Assembly (NCBI GenBank): GCA_013239625.1
Contig: MU056776.1
Location: 1,240,001-1,304,000, forward strand
Direction: 5' to 3'
Length of the DNA: 64,000 bases
Source of the DNA: Lama guanicoe
Taxonomy: Eukaryota
In this document: piece by piece, positions 14,347 to 26,275 of the stretch
Layout: every line of letters begins with the position of its first letter
How positions within the stretch are numbered: position 1 is the first letter of the stretch
Notes under the pieces: generated by a model
Seen by the model: the letters and a program-made list of their open reading frames with translations, nothing else
What the model was told of the DNA's origin: nothing
Database searches by the model: none
Program-made: the position numbers and the translations under genes

Positions 14347-14379
14347 TAGTGACATCTCGTGGCGAAAATGAATACTGCA
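14347..14379 (-). promoter_or_regulatory. Candidate CTCF site with upstream (ZF9-11) motif
   Basis: Minus strand reads TGCAGTATTC-ATTTT-CGCCACGAGATGTCACTA: core resembles CCASYAGRKGGCRS, with TGCAG upstream module at typical spacing; CpGs retained. Confidence 0.65.
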
Positions 14380-17300
14380 AATGGCTAAGGTTGAGGGCGT
14401 GTGGAAATTTGAGGGTCAATTATTCAAACCTGAGAATTTTGCTAACAGAAGCTAAGAAAAATTTGCATGAATGAAGAAGAGGGGAAACTGGCAGCCTATG
14501 AGAGATTGGCACATCTTAAATGGAATTGAAACATTCTTATCATGTTTGTTTCTGGGTGCAATAAAAGACATTAAAAAAAAATCAAATCTGCAAAATAAAT
14601 AAAGACCAAGCTTACGACCAAACTTTGAATTTGTGAGTTTGATAAGTAAAATTCCACTTGAATCTTTCTGTTTGGCAAGTAATATTTTGTAAACCAATAT
14701 ATTTTCTGCGTTAATGTGATCAAACATTTCAGCATGTGCCATAGCAAGGGAAAACTGAATGTGGAAAAATAGCCCAGGTGTGTCAAACATTGCTATGTGA
14801 AAATGAAGCCCACTTAAAATAGAACCAGCCCTACGTTTGAAAGTAAAGAAGCTTTGACCCGGTCACAATATATATATTTTTTTATTTGTAAATAGTTTGG
14901 ATTTAATTTTTTCAATAGAATAAAACTTCAAAACTCAAAATTTGTTTTAATGCAGTTGTTATCAATCCATGTCTCTGTAGTTATTATCATATTGACTTAA
15001 AGGTATTTTATTGAGCTTTGAAATTTAAAAAGAGCAAACAAGAAATGCACTATTGCATTACTGGTAGGCTGACATTTACAAATTTTATTTTTCAACCGTC
15101 TAACTTAGATGTATCTCTGTCAATAGGACTTTGTAAAACTGAGAATTATGTAGCCTATATGATAACTGATGAGAAAATAACCAAAATTTAATTTATTAAA
15201 AAAATCGAATTGGGGTAATCATATAATTCTCATCTAAATTAAAGTAAGTAACGATACGATGTTACAATTTATACAAGAATATTTTCAGATATCTTGTTAA
15301 AAAATGGATTTTTAGACACAAGCTATGCTTTGGAATAAAATAAATATCATAGTTAGTATTTGGATAGTATAATAAATTTATTATAGATAATATCTTAATA
15401 AGAAATTAAAATTACTTTAATCCCAACACACATTTAAATGCACATAGGAAACTGAAACAAAATAAAGTTTTTCAGTGTGTAGTGATTAATAGTGAAATAA
15501 GAGTTTTCTAAATAGTAATTTTATGTGTATTTTAAAGGAAAATAAAACATTTGAAGATCTCCTTTAATGAACATTGTATATCTGTATATTTTTATACTAT
15601 ACATAAAAATATACCTTAATGATATCAAAGGAAGATTTTTAATAAAAAACAAATTTATGACTTTCATGCAGAGCTAAAATGAACAAGTGTTAAAGATTGT
15701 ATTTAGTCTCATTATTGAAGAGATAACCAGTAAGATGTTACAACTGATATAGAGGAGATAAAGAAGAAGTAGAAATTTATATGAAGAAAAGTAATGTTGA
15801 ATTTAAAAATCTGGCTTATCCATGAAGCAATAATCAATTGCATTCCAGCAGTCATAAGTAATTTGCATTTTTATGGACAAGAAATATTTGCATTAATGTC
15901 TATTTTCTCTAAATTAACTTCTGTTTCTTCAGAGTTGTTAAATAGCCTAGTCAAAGACAATGTCTTCACCCCATAAGATCTTATAACTACTGAAGACTCC
16001 AGTAATTCATTGAAAGGTTATTCAGTAACCTATTTTACCTATTCCAAAGTCTAATCTTTACCTCGAAAGGTAGACTTAGTAGGTTCATTACATGCAAAAG
16101 TAAAGATACTTAATCGTTATTATTCAGTGTCTAGCACTAAGAGAAATTTCAACTTACAGGTATAAAAGTAACCATTGGTCGGAACTCTAGGAGGCTGTAA
16201 GAATTGAACAGACACATCTTGAAATCAAAGAAAGATCAATTAAAAATTTTTACATGAAGTCCATTTCAGAGCTGGAGTAGCTTACAAATAACACGTTAGC
16301 CAAAGCACATTCTGTTGTGTACTTCCTTGCTTTAATAGTGAAAAAGGAAACAATCTACTTTTCTAAGGAGAAGATCATAATGTGAAGATCACTGCACTGA
16401 TTCATGTAACAATAATGAAAGTATCACTGTGATCAATGAGACTCTGCAACAGAATACATAGTAAAATTAAAAATCAAACAGAAGTACTCATACAAGCTAT
16501 CTCTTTCTCATTAAATGCTGAAATTTGAAATATGATTGTCTCTTTCTTTCTAAAACTAATCTCCAGACACAGCAATGCAGAACATTAACAAGCCCTTCCC
16601 TTTTTTCATTATGCTTGAAAAGTGAGTTGTTGTTACAATGGCTTTGAAAAGTTTTATTCATTATTTTTTGGTTTATTTGTTTCAGTCACTGAAGATTTAA
16701 AATATTGGGGTCACATCAAGAACTGTAATAAATCTTTCAGCATATAACATACAGATAAAATATTATAGAATATGGAGCATGTTTTTAAAGTACAAGCACC
16801 ATCTTTCTTAAGTCCCTCAAGCATTGCATTTCAACAACAGCAACAAAGCCTAAAGACGTAAGTCTGGCTTTCCATTCACCCACCTGTTTACTTTCCTTTT
16901 TCCTTCCTGTGATAAATATATTAAAAATAACTTAGAGGTAAGTTCGGAAAGTAATAATAAAAAAATACTGAGTGCAATTCTATTAAATATTATTTTAATG
17001 CCCAATTTCTCTTTTTTAATCTTAATGATATTTTTAAGGCATTCTTAAAACCATTATATACGTATTTCTTTAAGAAAAATCATTATATAAGTATTTCAAG
17101 AAGCACAAATGAGTTTTGCATGTATAAATTACTTTTTGCAGAAGAAAAATTGAAACCGTATATAATCTATCTTTCTTTCTTTAGTAATTTGGAAAATCTA
17201 AGTGCAGTCTCTTAGCAAAACCACTTTGAATAGCTTTGTCTTTCTAACCAAGTTGGAATGAGCCTTAAGATTCTTTCCAAAATTCTGAGATAATTTTCAA

Positions 17301-18239
17301 ATAAGTCAGAAACTTAATATTAAAATCAAGCTTAGATATTATCTTCTGTGTTTCAAGGGCATTCAAACTTCTATAGATTCTCCTGCTTATGTGGTGACTA
17401 AGAAAAGAACCATAAAATAAAGAGAAAATAAAAATATGAGATTTATGGAATATTGAAAATTGTATGAAAATAGAAATGAATACATACATGAAACCATTCT
17501 AGTTATCAAATGTGATCTTTTTGCAGGTAAACATTCATCTAATTTCTCCTTTGAATTTGTAGGGAATGTCAGAGGAATGATACATATAATTCTTCTAGGA
17601 AAGAGAACAGTGAGATGTTCACATAGTATGTGAAAATGAAAACTCTGCTTGGAGTCACCATTGACTACTTTTGCTTCGGTAAATTTTTCCAAAATTCTTC
17701 AGAATCAATCCATGCATTGAAAATCTTGCTTGTCTTAAGACAGCCTATTTTAAAAGTCAATTGAAATCTACTAACATTAATCACATTTATATATATAAAC
17801 TATTTTAGACACAGCCATTAGGAGACACGTGACACTGTTTCCATACTTTGAAACTGTAGTTTCTTCATATTTGATAATTTGTCAGAATGGGAACAAGTTG
17901 TATGTCACACATAATAAGTCTCAGTAGACACAAGGTCATTTTTCCTCCCAGTCTCAGTCTTGTGAAGTAGCATGCACTATCAATTCTTCTTGATAAACCG
18001 TCCACCGTGAAGGGGGCTTCTGATGTGAAGAAATGAACAAGGAATCACTAATACTTTGCTCTTCTTTTTGATGGAGTGTTTATTGTACAACTTCTAGATC
18101 AACATCCTATGAAAAGGTATTAAATAGTCCATCTCTAATAAAGTCTAAAACATGAGACTGACAAAATTCAGACAGGAATAATGAGTGACGGAATTGAGGG
18201 ACAGGCAATACCGTACAAGAACACAGAAGGAGAAGCAAT

Positions 18240-18649
18240 TATAGAAATATACCAATGGGATATATGTGTCCTCTGTTTCATTTACATATGAGAACTTTTA
18301 TCTACCGACCTATTGATCCATTTACTGGGTGACTTCTTTTACAGAACTGGCTCATGTGATTGTGGGGGTCAAGTTTGAAATCCATAGGGTAAGTCAGCAG
18401 GCAGAAGTTAATGTGGCAATTTTGAGACAGAATTTCTTCTTCCCCAGTAGACCTCAATTTTTGTCTTATGGCCTTGAATTGATTGGATGAGGTGCACTCA
18501 CACAATCGAGGAAGATCTCCTTTACTTAAAGGGAACTGATTGATGATATTAACCACATCTACAACATATCTTAATAGCCACACCTATGTTAGTGTTTGAT
18601 TAAATAACCATGTACCTCGCCAAGTTCAGGTGGAAAATTAATCATCACA
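18240..18649 (-). mobile_element. MLT2 (ERVL) solo LTR
   Basis: gaactggctcatgtgattgtggggg...gattggatgagg...cctttacttaaag...ttaaccacatctaca...aaaattaatcatcaca, the reverse of the MLT2 start tgtgatggttaatttt. Confidence 0.9.
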
Positions 18650-18699
18650 GGGACTAATTCCGAGTCAGATGGGCAGATGAGACTGGAGACTTGTTTAAA

Positions 18700-19200
18700 G
18701 AGTAAGAAATAGTTGAACTGTATGATCAGTGCTAGAAAGGCTGAAAAATGCAGAGAGCATATAAGCAAGAAGGCAGGACAGATTGTGCCTTGTTAAGCCT
18801 GGGTAGACCAGGGCAGAGAGGATGTGTGTGGGTGAACCAGGACCAAATCCTGGAAAAGCAGGTTAATTCAGCCTGGGAAGGCTCTGGAAAGACAATTTTC
18901 CTGAAGACAACCAGTAGCCATGAGAGGTTTTCAGCAAAGACAGTAACATAACTTGGTGTGTCTTTTGGAAAAAGAAATTTGATTTTATTGTTTCAACATA
19001 TAGAACAGAACAACTAGGAATCAGTAGGGATTGGGGTCAGAGGTTACCTTTACACTCTGAGTGAGAGACGTTTGACAGGATAGCAATTAATGGCTGTAGT
19101 GCTATACAGAGAAGGAGGTAAATATGGGGGTGGGGGAAGCAAATTCAGGAATTAAACTGCCAAGATCTGACCAATTGCATGAGGAAGAAGGCAAAGATTA
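18700..19200 (-). mobile_element. L2 fragment
   Basis: Purine-rich antisense L2 hallmarks such as agccatgagaggttttcagcaaagacagtaacat. Confidence 0.5.
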
Positions 19201-19693
19201 TCACTGGGACTTTTGGAAAGGACACAATAAATAAGCCTTCTCCTGGCCTGAGTTTTGAGAGAGTTGATAACGGTCACAGGAGGGAAGCATCTGGAGACCC
19301 AAAGACCACATCCATTTCTTACAAGATTGGTATTGGAGGGTGTATGTTGTAATCTACAGAGAGGGAGGGGTTTTAAATACGAAACCCCAGGTTTAGACAG
19401 ATTTAGTCATTAGCAGCAGTGGGCTGGGGCACAACCCAGCCATCGTCCTTCCTCCCTGGTGCACGAGGCAGACCAGCTGGAGGAGCAGGAAATGCATTCC
19501 CCTTACTTGGGGTGGAGGATTGAGTAAAAGTGTGGAGTATGGAACCAGGATAATGCAAAAAGAAACATTAAGGGCAGGAAAGACAAGTGTGTCCTACCCT
19601 CCCACCCCTTTTCTCAGTAAGAATTCTTTCAGGGGAGCCATAAATGAGTTTTTCAGATCTTCTACATTTTAATTTTATTTCTGTTTGTAACCA

Positions 19694-19736
19694 TGTGTGT
19701 GTGTGTGTATGTGTGTGTGTGTGTGTTTGTGTGTGT
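19694..19736. repeat. (TG)n microsatellite, imperfect
   Basis: Seen directly. Confidence 0.95.
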
Positions 19737-22699
19737 TTAGTATATAAAAAAGTGAGCAACATAGATTAGGAGAAAAACAAAAATAAGGGACCAAGATTGG
19801 GGGGTGAGGGGAGAAGAAAGCAAGACTTTGGTTCTTTTAATTAGTGAAAAATACATATTTAAACTATAAAGTATTTGCTTTACTACTTCATAATAAAAAA
19901 AAAAGTCTCCACAGTACCAATGACTATAACCCTAATTCATATTTGCATATTTCTTTATTCACCTATGTACTCGATAAATATTTTTGAACATCTATGAGTG
20001 CCAGGTATGGGTGATACTGGGTCTGAGGCAGATTATACTGTTATACCTAATATAATAATAACACATCAGTAACAACAGGGGTGATTATGGAAGTGTTCTA
20101 TCTCCTAGAAATTCAATGCTGTGTGCTCCACAAAGTGTACACCCACATACATGTAATTATCTTTGCCTCCAGTATACTTAGCACAGTGTCTGGTAATTAG
20201 GGACTTCGAATAGGTTACATGTTTATTGAATGAGCTGGACTCAAGAAGATCACAATTATAGAACAGGTTTATTTTCTCTGCTCCACCGTCTTCCGACAAG
20301 CTCCACTGAAATATCCTTGCCTCTGGATTTAAACTTGAATATCACACAGGTCCCATTTATGGTTTTTCCAAATATTCCAGTTGTCAAACACCATTTTCAT
20401 TGGATTCAAATCTTCCCTTTGCTCTCACCCCTGACCTGATGGGAAGGCAGCTTTGGGGAAGTAGGAAGAATGTCATTAGTTTCTTCCCTCTTCCTTGCCC
20501 CACTTAACAGTCATCTTCCTCCCTAGTAACTGAATGCAAGAGAAGCACTTGAGATGGTAACTGGTCCCTCTGAAGCTGGGCTTGGATGAGGGGCTGAATT
20601 GAAGGAAAAAGGCAGAGCTTTACAGAACAGCATAACTGTCCTCTTGACTGATTGACTGATGCCCTCTGGGTATGGCTGACTCAAAGTTCAAGGGACGCCT
20701 CTAATTTCTGGAGCACTTCTCTGCTTGCTGGGAGGTACTACCCTGGGGACAACGACTCTGGCCCAGGCCATTCTTCATTTTGCTAGCATTTGCTTTTACT
20801 GGTTTCACTGACACAGTCTCACTCTCTGGGGTTCTCACTGTCTTTAGACATTGTTTTTAAATGAAATGCCTTTCGAAACCACCCAAGAATAGCTCTATTT
20901 CAGAACACCCACCTCTGGCCCCTGCGACGCAGCCTCCTCCACGACAATTCTCGGGGCTCTCATTCTCTCCCGCTCACACCAGGCTTCTTTTCTGGTCCTC
21001 CCTCCTTTAACATTTTTCAGGTGGGAGTCAGGAGATCCCTCTGAACCCCGAGGTCCCCAGGACACTAGTGAAGACTTCCCAAGCTTTTCACGGCCCTTCC
21101 CTTGGTTTGAGCACCATGGGGAGAGGAGAAAAGCTGGAACCCCGAGAGGACTGTCTCCAGCATGGATGCACACTGCAGTCACCTGGGAGCCTGAAGCTCT
21201 GCCGGTGCCTGTGTCCCATCCCCAGAGCCTGGAATGTGATGTTTCAGGAACTGCCTGAGCATCTTTAGTGGTTCTACTAAAGGCTGATTAAGCTGTGCTA
21301 AAGATATACTTTCTACTGTCACCCCCCCTCCAAATGCTTTGTCTTTAGACAACCTTGGGAGTGGCTGATGGTCCACTGGAGGCAGACTGGCAGACTAGAG
21401 GCACTGTCTGGGCCCACCATCCATGGACAGGCTGCAGATCTTACAAAAGTGAAGAAATTGTCATCTTTTATTCTTAGCAGTGGGACTTCTCTCAAAACTC
21501 TGAGAAAGCAGGAGTTCCATTTAGAGTCCTGGTGGGTAAGTGTTTGTTGACGTGACCTGACTGAATGCAGAGCAGTGGGCAGGATTAGGAGTTACATAAA
21601 TCCCTAGGGAAAAAAATGAGGCTGCTTAACAAGTTTCCAATCCATTTCCTTTCTGTGTCTCATTTCATTTTCACTCAAAAAGCACACCTTGTCCTTGGTT
21701 TTAAATATCACATTTACCTTGCCTACAATTTACCAGGATCAAAAAGTGTCAGAACTGACCATCTCAAAATGACACGGCCTGATTCTTAATTTTCTCTTGG
21801 AATATCCAACAGCTGATAATTTTCTTTTGAATATAATTTTGGAAATAGTCTCTGTCTCTCTTGATGTCTTCTGGCTTTTATGATAAGAACTGTACAAAAA
21901 CTGCCCAAACTAATTTCTTTTTGTAAGTCTCAGAGTTTTGTTAGTCAATGGATTTTACGATCAGAATATTTAAAATAGTTCAACCCCCATAACATAATGA
22001 TTATTTTCTAAACAAATTTAATAGTCACAGAAGTTAGCAACTTTTCCAGATTAAAAATTGAAATGCAAAGATTTTTTTGAGCTTGACTTAAGCTTGAAAA
22101 TAAAATAAAACCTGAGTGCGCTGCACATTAGAATTAATATTTGAATAGTTACATAGCATTTTATATAAATTTTACTTCCATTTTTCTAACTGAGAAGTGA
22201 TTATAATCAAAAGAACAAAAACTGACATGCTATGTCTCAAGAAATACACATGTAGGTGAATGTTATCCATGTAGTTTGAATAAAATTTTATGCATCTTTG
22301 GTTTATATTTTTAAATTATGTTTTGTTACTTTTCTTAAGGAACCTCTTCAACAAGGGCACAAGCTCTGGATGGCTTCAATCATGTTTAACCCTTTTCTGT
22401 ATCTTCTAACACACCTTATATAGCTTTTTAACAGAAATTTCAGCAGTAATATTGTAGCATCATTTCATCTAACGGTCCTTCTTCTAACAATCTAACCAAA
22501 CCTTAGGCAAAAGTCAACTAGTGATCAATAATTACAGGAATTCTAATAAGTATTTAAAAATAAACATTGAATATGATCTCTAATTAATAGCCAGAGAATA
22601 GTTTTGTTTTTAATAGGATTTACAGTGATTTGACATTTCTGTTTACTAGAATTCAAGTTCTGATTTTAATGAAGAGCTCAAGATTTTTCTTAGAATCAG

Positions 22700-23409
22700 T
22701 GAAGCTATGATAAATGACGGCCTGGCCATCAGTGGAGAGGAGCAGCCACTATGTCTATCCGGGGTCTTTTAAAGAGAATAAACTGAGTGTTTGCGTGGGG
22801 GAAGGAGACAACACGTATGATATTGTCATTTCTTGTGAAGAGGTTCCCCAAAAGGAAAAAGGAAAAGACCCCCGTTCTCGTCTTACCCCGAAGATAAGAT
22901 TACAGGCGGGAGACAGAGAGCACTGTGTAGCAAAAGATTCTGAAGGATTTCAATAAACAGAAGAGGAAAAGCACACCCGCAGGAGCGGGAGGCGGGCCGA
23001 GCCGGGCCGAGCCGAGGGCGAACAGCAGCGCTCCTGGTCCGCCGTTCTCTTAGGCTCCTGCTTGCAGGTGCTCTTCTGACTGATTGACGCTCTTGCCCCT
23101 GGAAGGCTTAGTCGTGTCTGTCCCCTTTGCGCACGTCCTTACCCGTGGTGTACACAGAAAAACCCACGGGGTGGCGGGGCTAAACCGCAATGCTAGTTAT
23201 ACTACAATGAGCACTGGGTCATGTCCGGCTGAGTCCTTCTTGCTACCGAGCAGTGGCGGCTGTCGGGTTCTAACCAGGTTCTTGCTGGCGCTCACTTAGC
23301 GGAAGTTAAGTCCCTTTATGCGGGAGGCGGGCACAGCACCATGTTCCAGAGCATCCTCCCTCTTCTCCGCCCAGCTGCCTGGTGCCCCCCTTTATCTAAC
23401 TACCTAACA
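22700..23409 (-). mobile_element. CpG-rich ERV solo LTR (about 710 bp), TG...CA termini, flanked by AATCAG direct repeat
   Basis: Left flank aatcag (22694-22699) then TGAAG; ends ...taactacctaaCA then aatcag (23410-23415). Abrupt GC/CpG increase. Internal motifs (aaaccgcaatgctagttatactacaatgagc, taactacctaaca) resemble the reverse strand of ERV LTRs. Strand is inferred. Confidence 0.8.
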
Positions 23410-23713
23410 AATCAGCTTTGCAAAACTACATATTTTAAACAGTGTAAGACTTACTATCGGGCTGTTGCACCTAACAAGGCAAGAGCCTTCAAGAAATATC
23501 CCTCGGGTGCGTTTTGGTCCCAGAGACAGAAGTTGCTGATTGGGTTTGTGCTTCTGAGTCCGCCAGTTTCCCTTACCCTCTGGGGTCTGAGTTGCCGTGG
23601 GCCCTGGAGGGCAAGCACGCAGGGCCCCGGGTCGCCTCTCCCTCAGAGCAGAAGAGGCGGTGGCGGTTGCAGGTCGACCTCCGTGGAGGGCTTTTGTGAG
23701 GAGCTTTCTCAGA

Positions 23714-24340
23714 GTGGTGGAAACTGCCCAATTTTTGTCCCGCCAGCCTCCCAACATCTTCTTCTCCTCGTGGTAAACAAAAATAAATAAATAGAATAAA
23801 AATAAAAAAATTCTGCTCTTCCTGGAAACTATGTCTTCCTCACTTTCTTCTGCTTTTGGGGCTGTGGGGTCCAGCAGCATCAGCTCCAGAGATAAAGCAG
23901 ATTTGGTCAATCGGTTGCTAAGTCCAGGGATGCCACACAATCCATGCCAGACAAATCCCAGCCCCCGAGTTCCCACTCTGAGGCCTGTGTTAGAGCTCTC
24001 TTGTAAAAAAGGGACACTTTTTTTCCTCCTGATGTGGCTGAGGGAAAAACAAACAAAAAACGAAACAAACAACAACAACAACAAAAAACAGGCTAACCTG
24101 AAGTCCCAGGCAGGCTTTCTGTCATTGTGTCTGAGACACGAGACAGTGCAGACGAAATCAGAACTGGCGATGAGAAGCACGAGTTCTGATGACATCCTTG
24201 GAACCTCTGGCCCTGCTGTGCTTGAAGCCAGAGCACTTCCGGGCTTCTAGGTGATGTGAGTCAATGAAGTCCATTTCCCCCTTAAGGCAGTTTGAGTTGA
24301 CTTTCTGTCACTTGCATCCGGAAGAGTTCTGAATAATGCA
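23714..24340 (+). mobile_element. MLT1 (H/I/J-like) LTR with internal A-rich and (AAC)n expansions
   Basis: Starts gtggtggaaactgcc...cccaacatcttcttctcc; ends gtgagtcaatgaa...cttaaggcagtttgagttgactttctgtcacttgca...gagttctgaataatgca. Confidence 0.75.
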
Positions 24341-25769
24341 TCTAGGATGCTGTGTCTGCAAGTCCGTACACCTTTTCCACATGGTAACTCATTTAGGTAA
24401 GTGGTGGCCTGGGTATTAAATGGGAGAATAACTGCTCAGCATACTCCCATAGACAGTAAAATAGCGGAGAATCACAGCCTTGCTAAACTGGAACAATCTA
24501 GCTCTGTGTCAAAGAACAACTACTTTCTCTCTGTGACCAGAGGAGATTTCCCGTTTGACCCCCAGAGCGCTTGCAGTTCCAGACCCAACAAGTATGTCTT
24601 GAAATGGGTGAAGGATAAGATATTTAAATTAATGACTCCTAGGCTCCCATCTACATTGACGATATCACCAATGAGTGACAAAATTGGAAAGCTTCAGGAC
24701 AAAGCCTTTATTTTTTCCCCCGGTAGCTAAGTTATCTTTATTCTGAGATTCTCTCTATTTCTCTCTCTCTCTCTTTTTTTGGGGGGGTGGGTTACAAATG
24801 AAATGAATATATAATTTGTAATCGATTTCTGTAGTGTTTATTTTGCTTTGATGACATCCTTATTCACTAAAATAAAATATGGACAATCATAATACTGGCC
24901 CCATGTTTTATCAGTATTGTTATTGACAATGTTTGCATGAAGATGATGAAATGATACTGGTTTGAGATTTCTCAAACCATAGGAACACAACTCAATATTC
25001 TTTTCTTGATTTTAGTTGCAATGTGTGACAACTCATTACCTTTCTCATGCCTGGAGGATGAAAAAGTGTGAGACAAACATAACATTTTCAAAATTCTCTT
25101 TTCTTATTTTCCTGGAGGTAGTTCAGATTTGCCTGCATGTTCCTCAGCATTGGCTGATGTGTAGAGTTTTGGGGAGCCCCCAGCCCAGTGTATATCCTAC
25201 AGGGGCAGGAAATAAATGGGTTAAACACAAGCACACGTACGATACAATCACAGAGGTATAGATAAAGTTTTCAGTGTTGTGACTAATCATTACTGGAGTC
25301 ATGACACATCCTAAAATCAATAGACAAAGAGAGGAATGAAAGATCCTGGAATAATAGGATAAAGGTTTTTTTAGAAATTTGAATAGTGGTGATGTTCAGA
25401 CAAGTGAAGCCTGAAGTACTGAACACTAGAAGGAGAGATGTTCTTTATTGTTTTGTGGGGTCTGCTCATTATAAAGAGAGAACACAGAACAGTAGCAGGC
25501 ACACGCAAAGGAAAACAGTGAATTCTCCAACCGAGCTCCCGAATATCGTGAAATCGGAGAAATCCTAGTAAAATTCAAACACACACGTTCTCTTTTTCCG
25601 CCACCCTCGTTTATCCCCTGCACCTAACTTGGGGAAGACCTCGTAAGTGCTGCGTGAAGTAAGTGAGCAGTCAGCCTGCTCTCACAATCTGATTACAAAA
25701 GCATTGAAGAACAAAAGTAGCCTTTGCTGGGGATTTATTGATGATAAAGGAAGAGGTCAGAGTAACATT

Positions 25770-26275
25770 GTTGGGAAGATCAGCTTCCCTTCCTGCCTTC
25801 CTGTCCCTTGTTGTGGAATTTCATCTCTCCTCTTAGTCTAGGTGGGAGACGCTTCTCTACTCCTTTATTCGAGGCTTGTGATGTGACTTGCTTTAGTCTC
25901 TTTAGACATTAAGAGATGTGACACAAGCAGACACTTGACAGGTGCATGCACAGGTTGTTTTGCTTTTTGTTTTGCTTTGTTAATGTTCTGTAACTGCCGT
26001 GAAGAGAGCGTCAGCCAGATACCTGTTTACACGTTAAGTTGGATCCCAAAATAAAGAAGCACGGATAAGACCTCAAGCCAGCCCACAAGAGGCTGCCAAG
26101 CGCAGCTGGACCCACAGATCGAAACAGAGCCACTAAGAACAGTTCAGCTTATTCTAGAGGCCGTATTGACAATAAGGTCCATGAGTATGAGAATAATTGC
26201 TTATTGTAGTTTGCAAAAGAGTTTTGGGGTATTTGTTACACAGCGTTTTATTGTGACAATAGCTATGATTGTTAT
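25770..26275 (+). mobile_element. MLT1G-like LTR
   Basis: atgtgacttgcttt...atgtgacacaagcagacacttga...aataattgcttattg...ttggggtatttgttacacagc...caatagct. Confidence 0.8.

Noticed and set aside
16930-16945. Other AG|GTRAG motifs (16937, 39255, 55192) as recursive splice sites
   Set aside because: They lack an adjacent pyrimidine tract or have upstream AGs close by; such motifs are expected by chance in 64 kb.
21108-21126. REST/NRSE-like string tgagcaccatggggag
   Set aside because: Mismatches at key positions of the right half-site (GGACAG).
23480-23810. Possible processed pseudogene ending in an A-rich tail
   Set aside because: The A-rich tract lies inside what reads as a continuous MLT1 LTR; no TSD or recognisable parent gene.
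23404-24195. Longest ORF (263 aa, minus strand) as a CDS
   Set aside because: Runs antisense through an MLT1 LTR and microsatellites; its hydrophobic runs derive from A-rich tracts; no recognisable domain.
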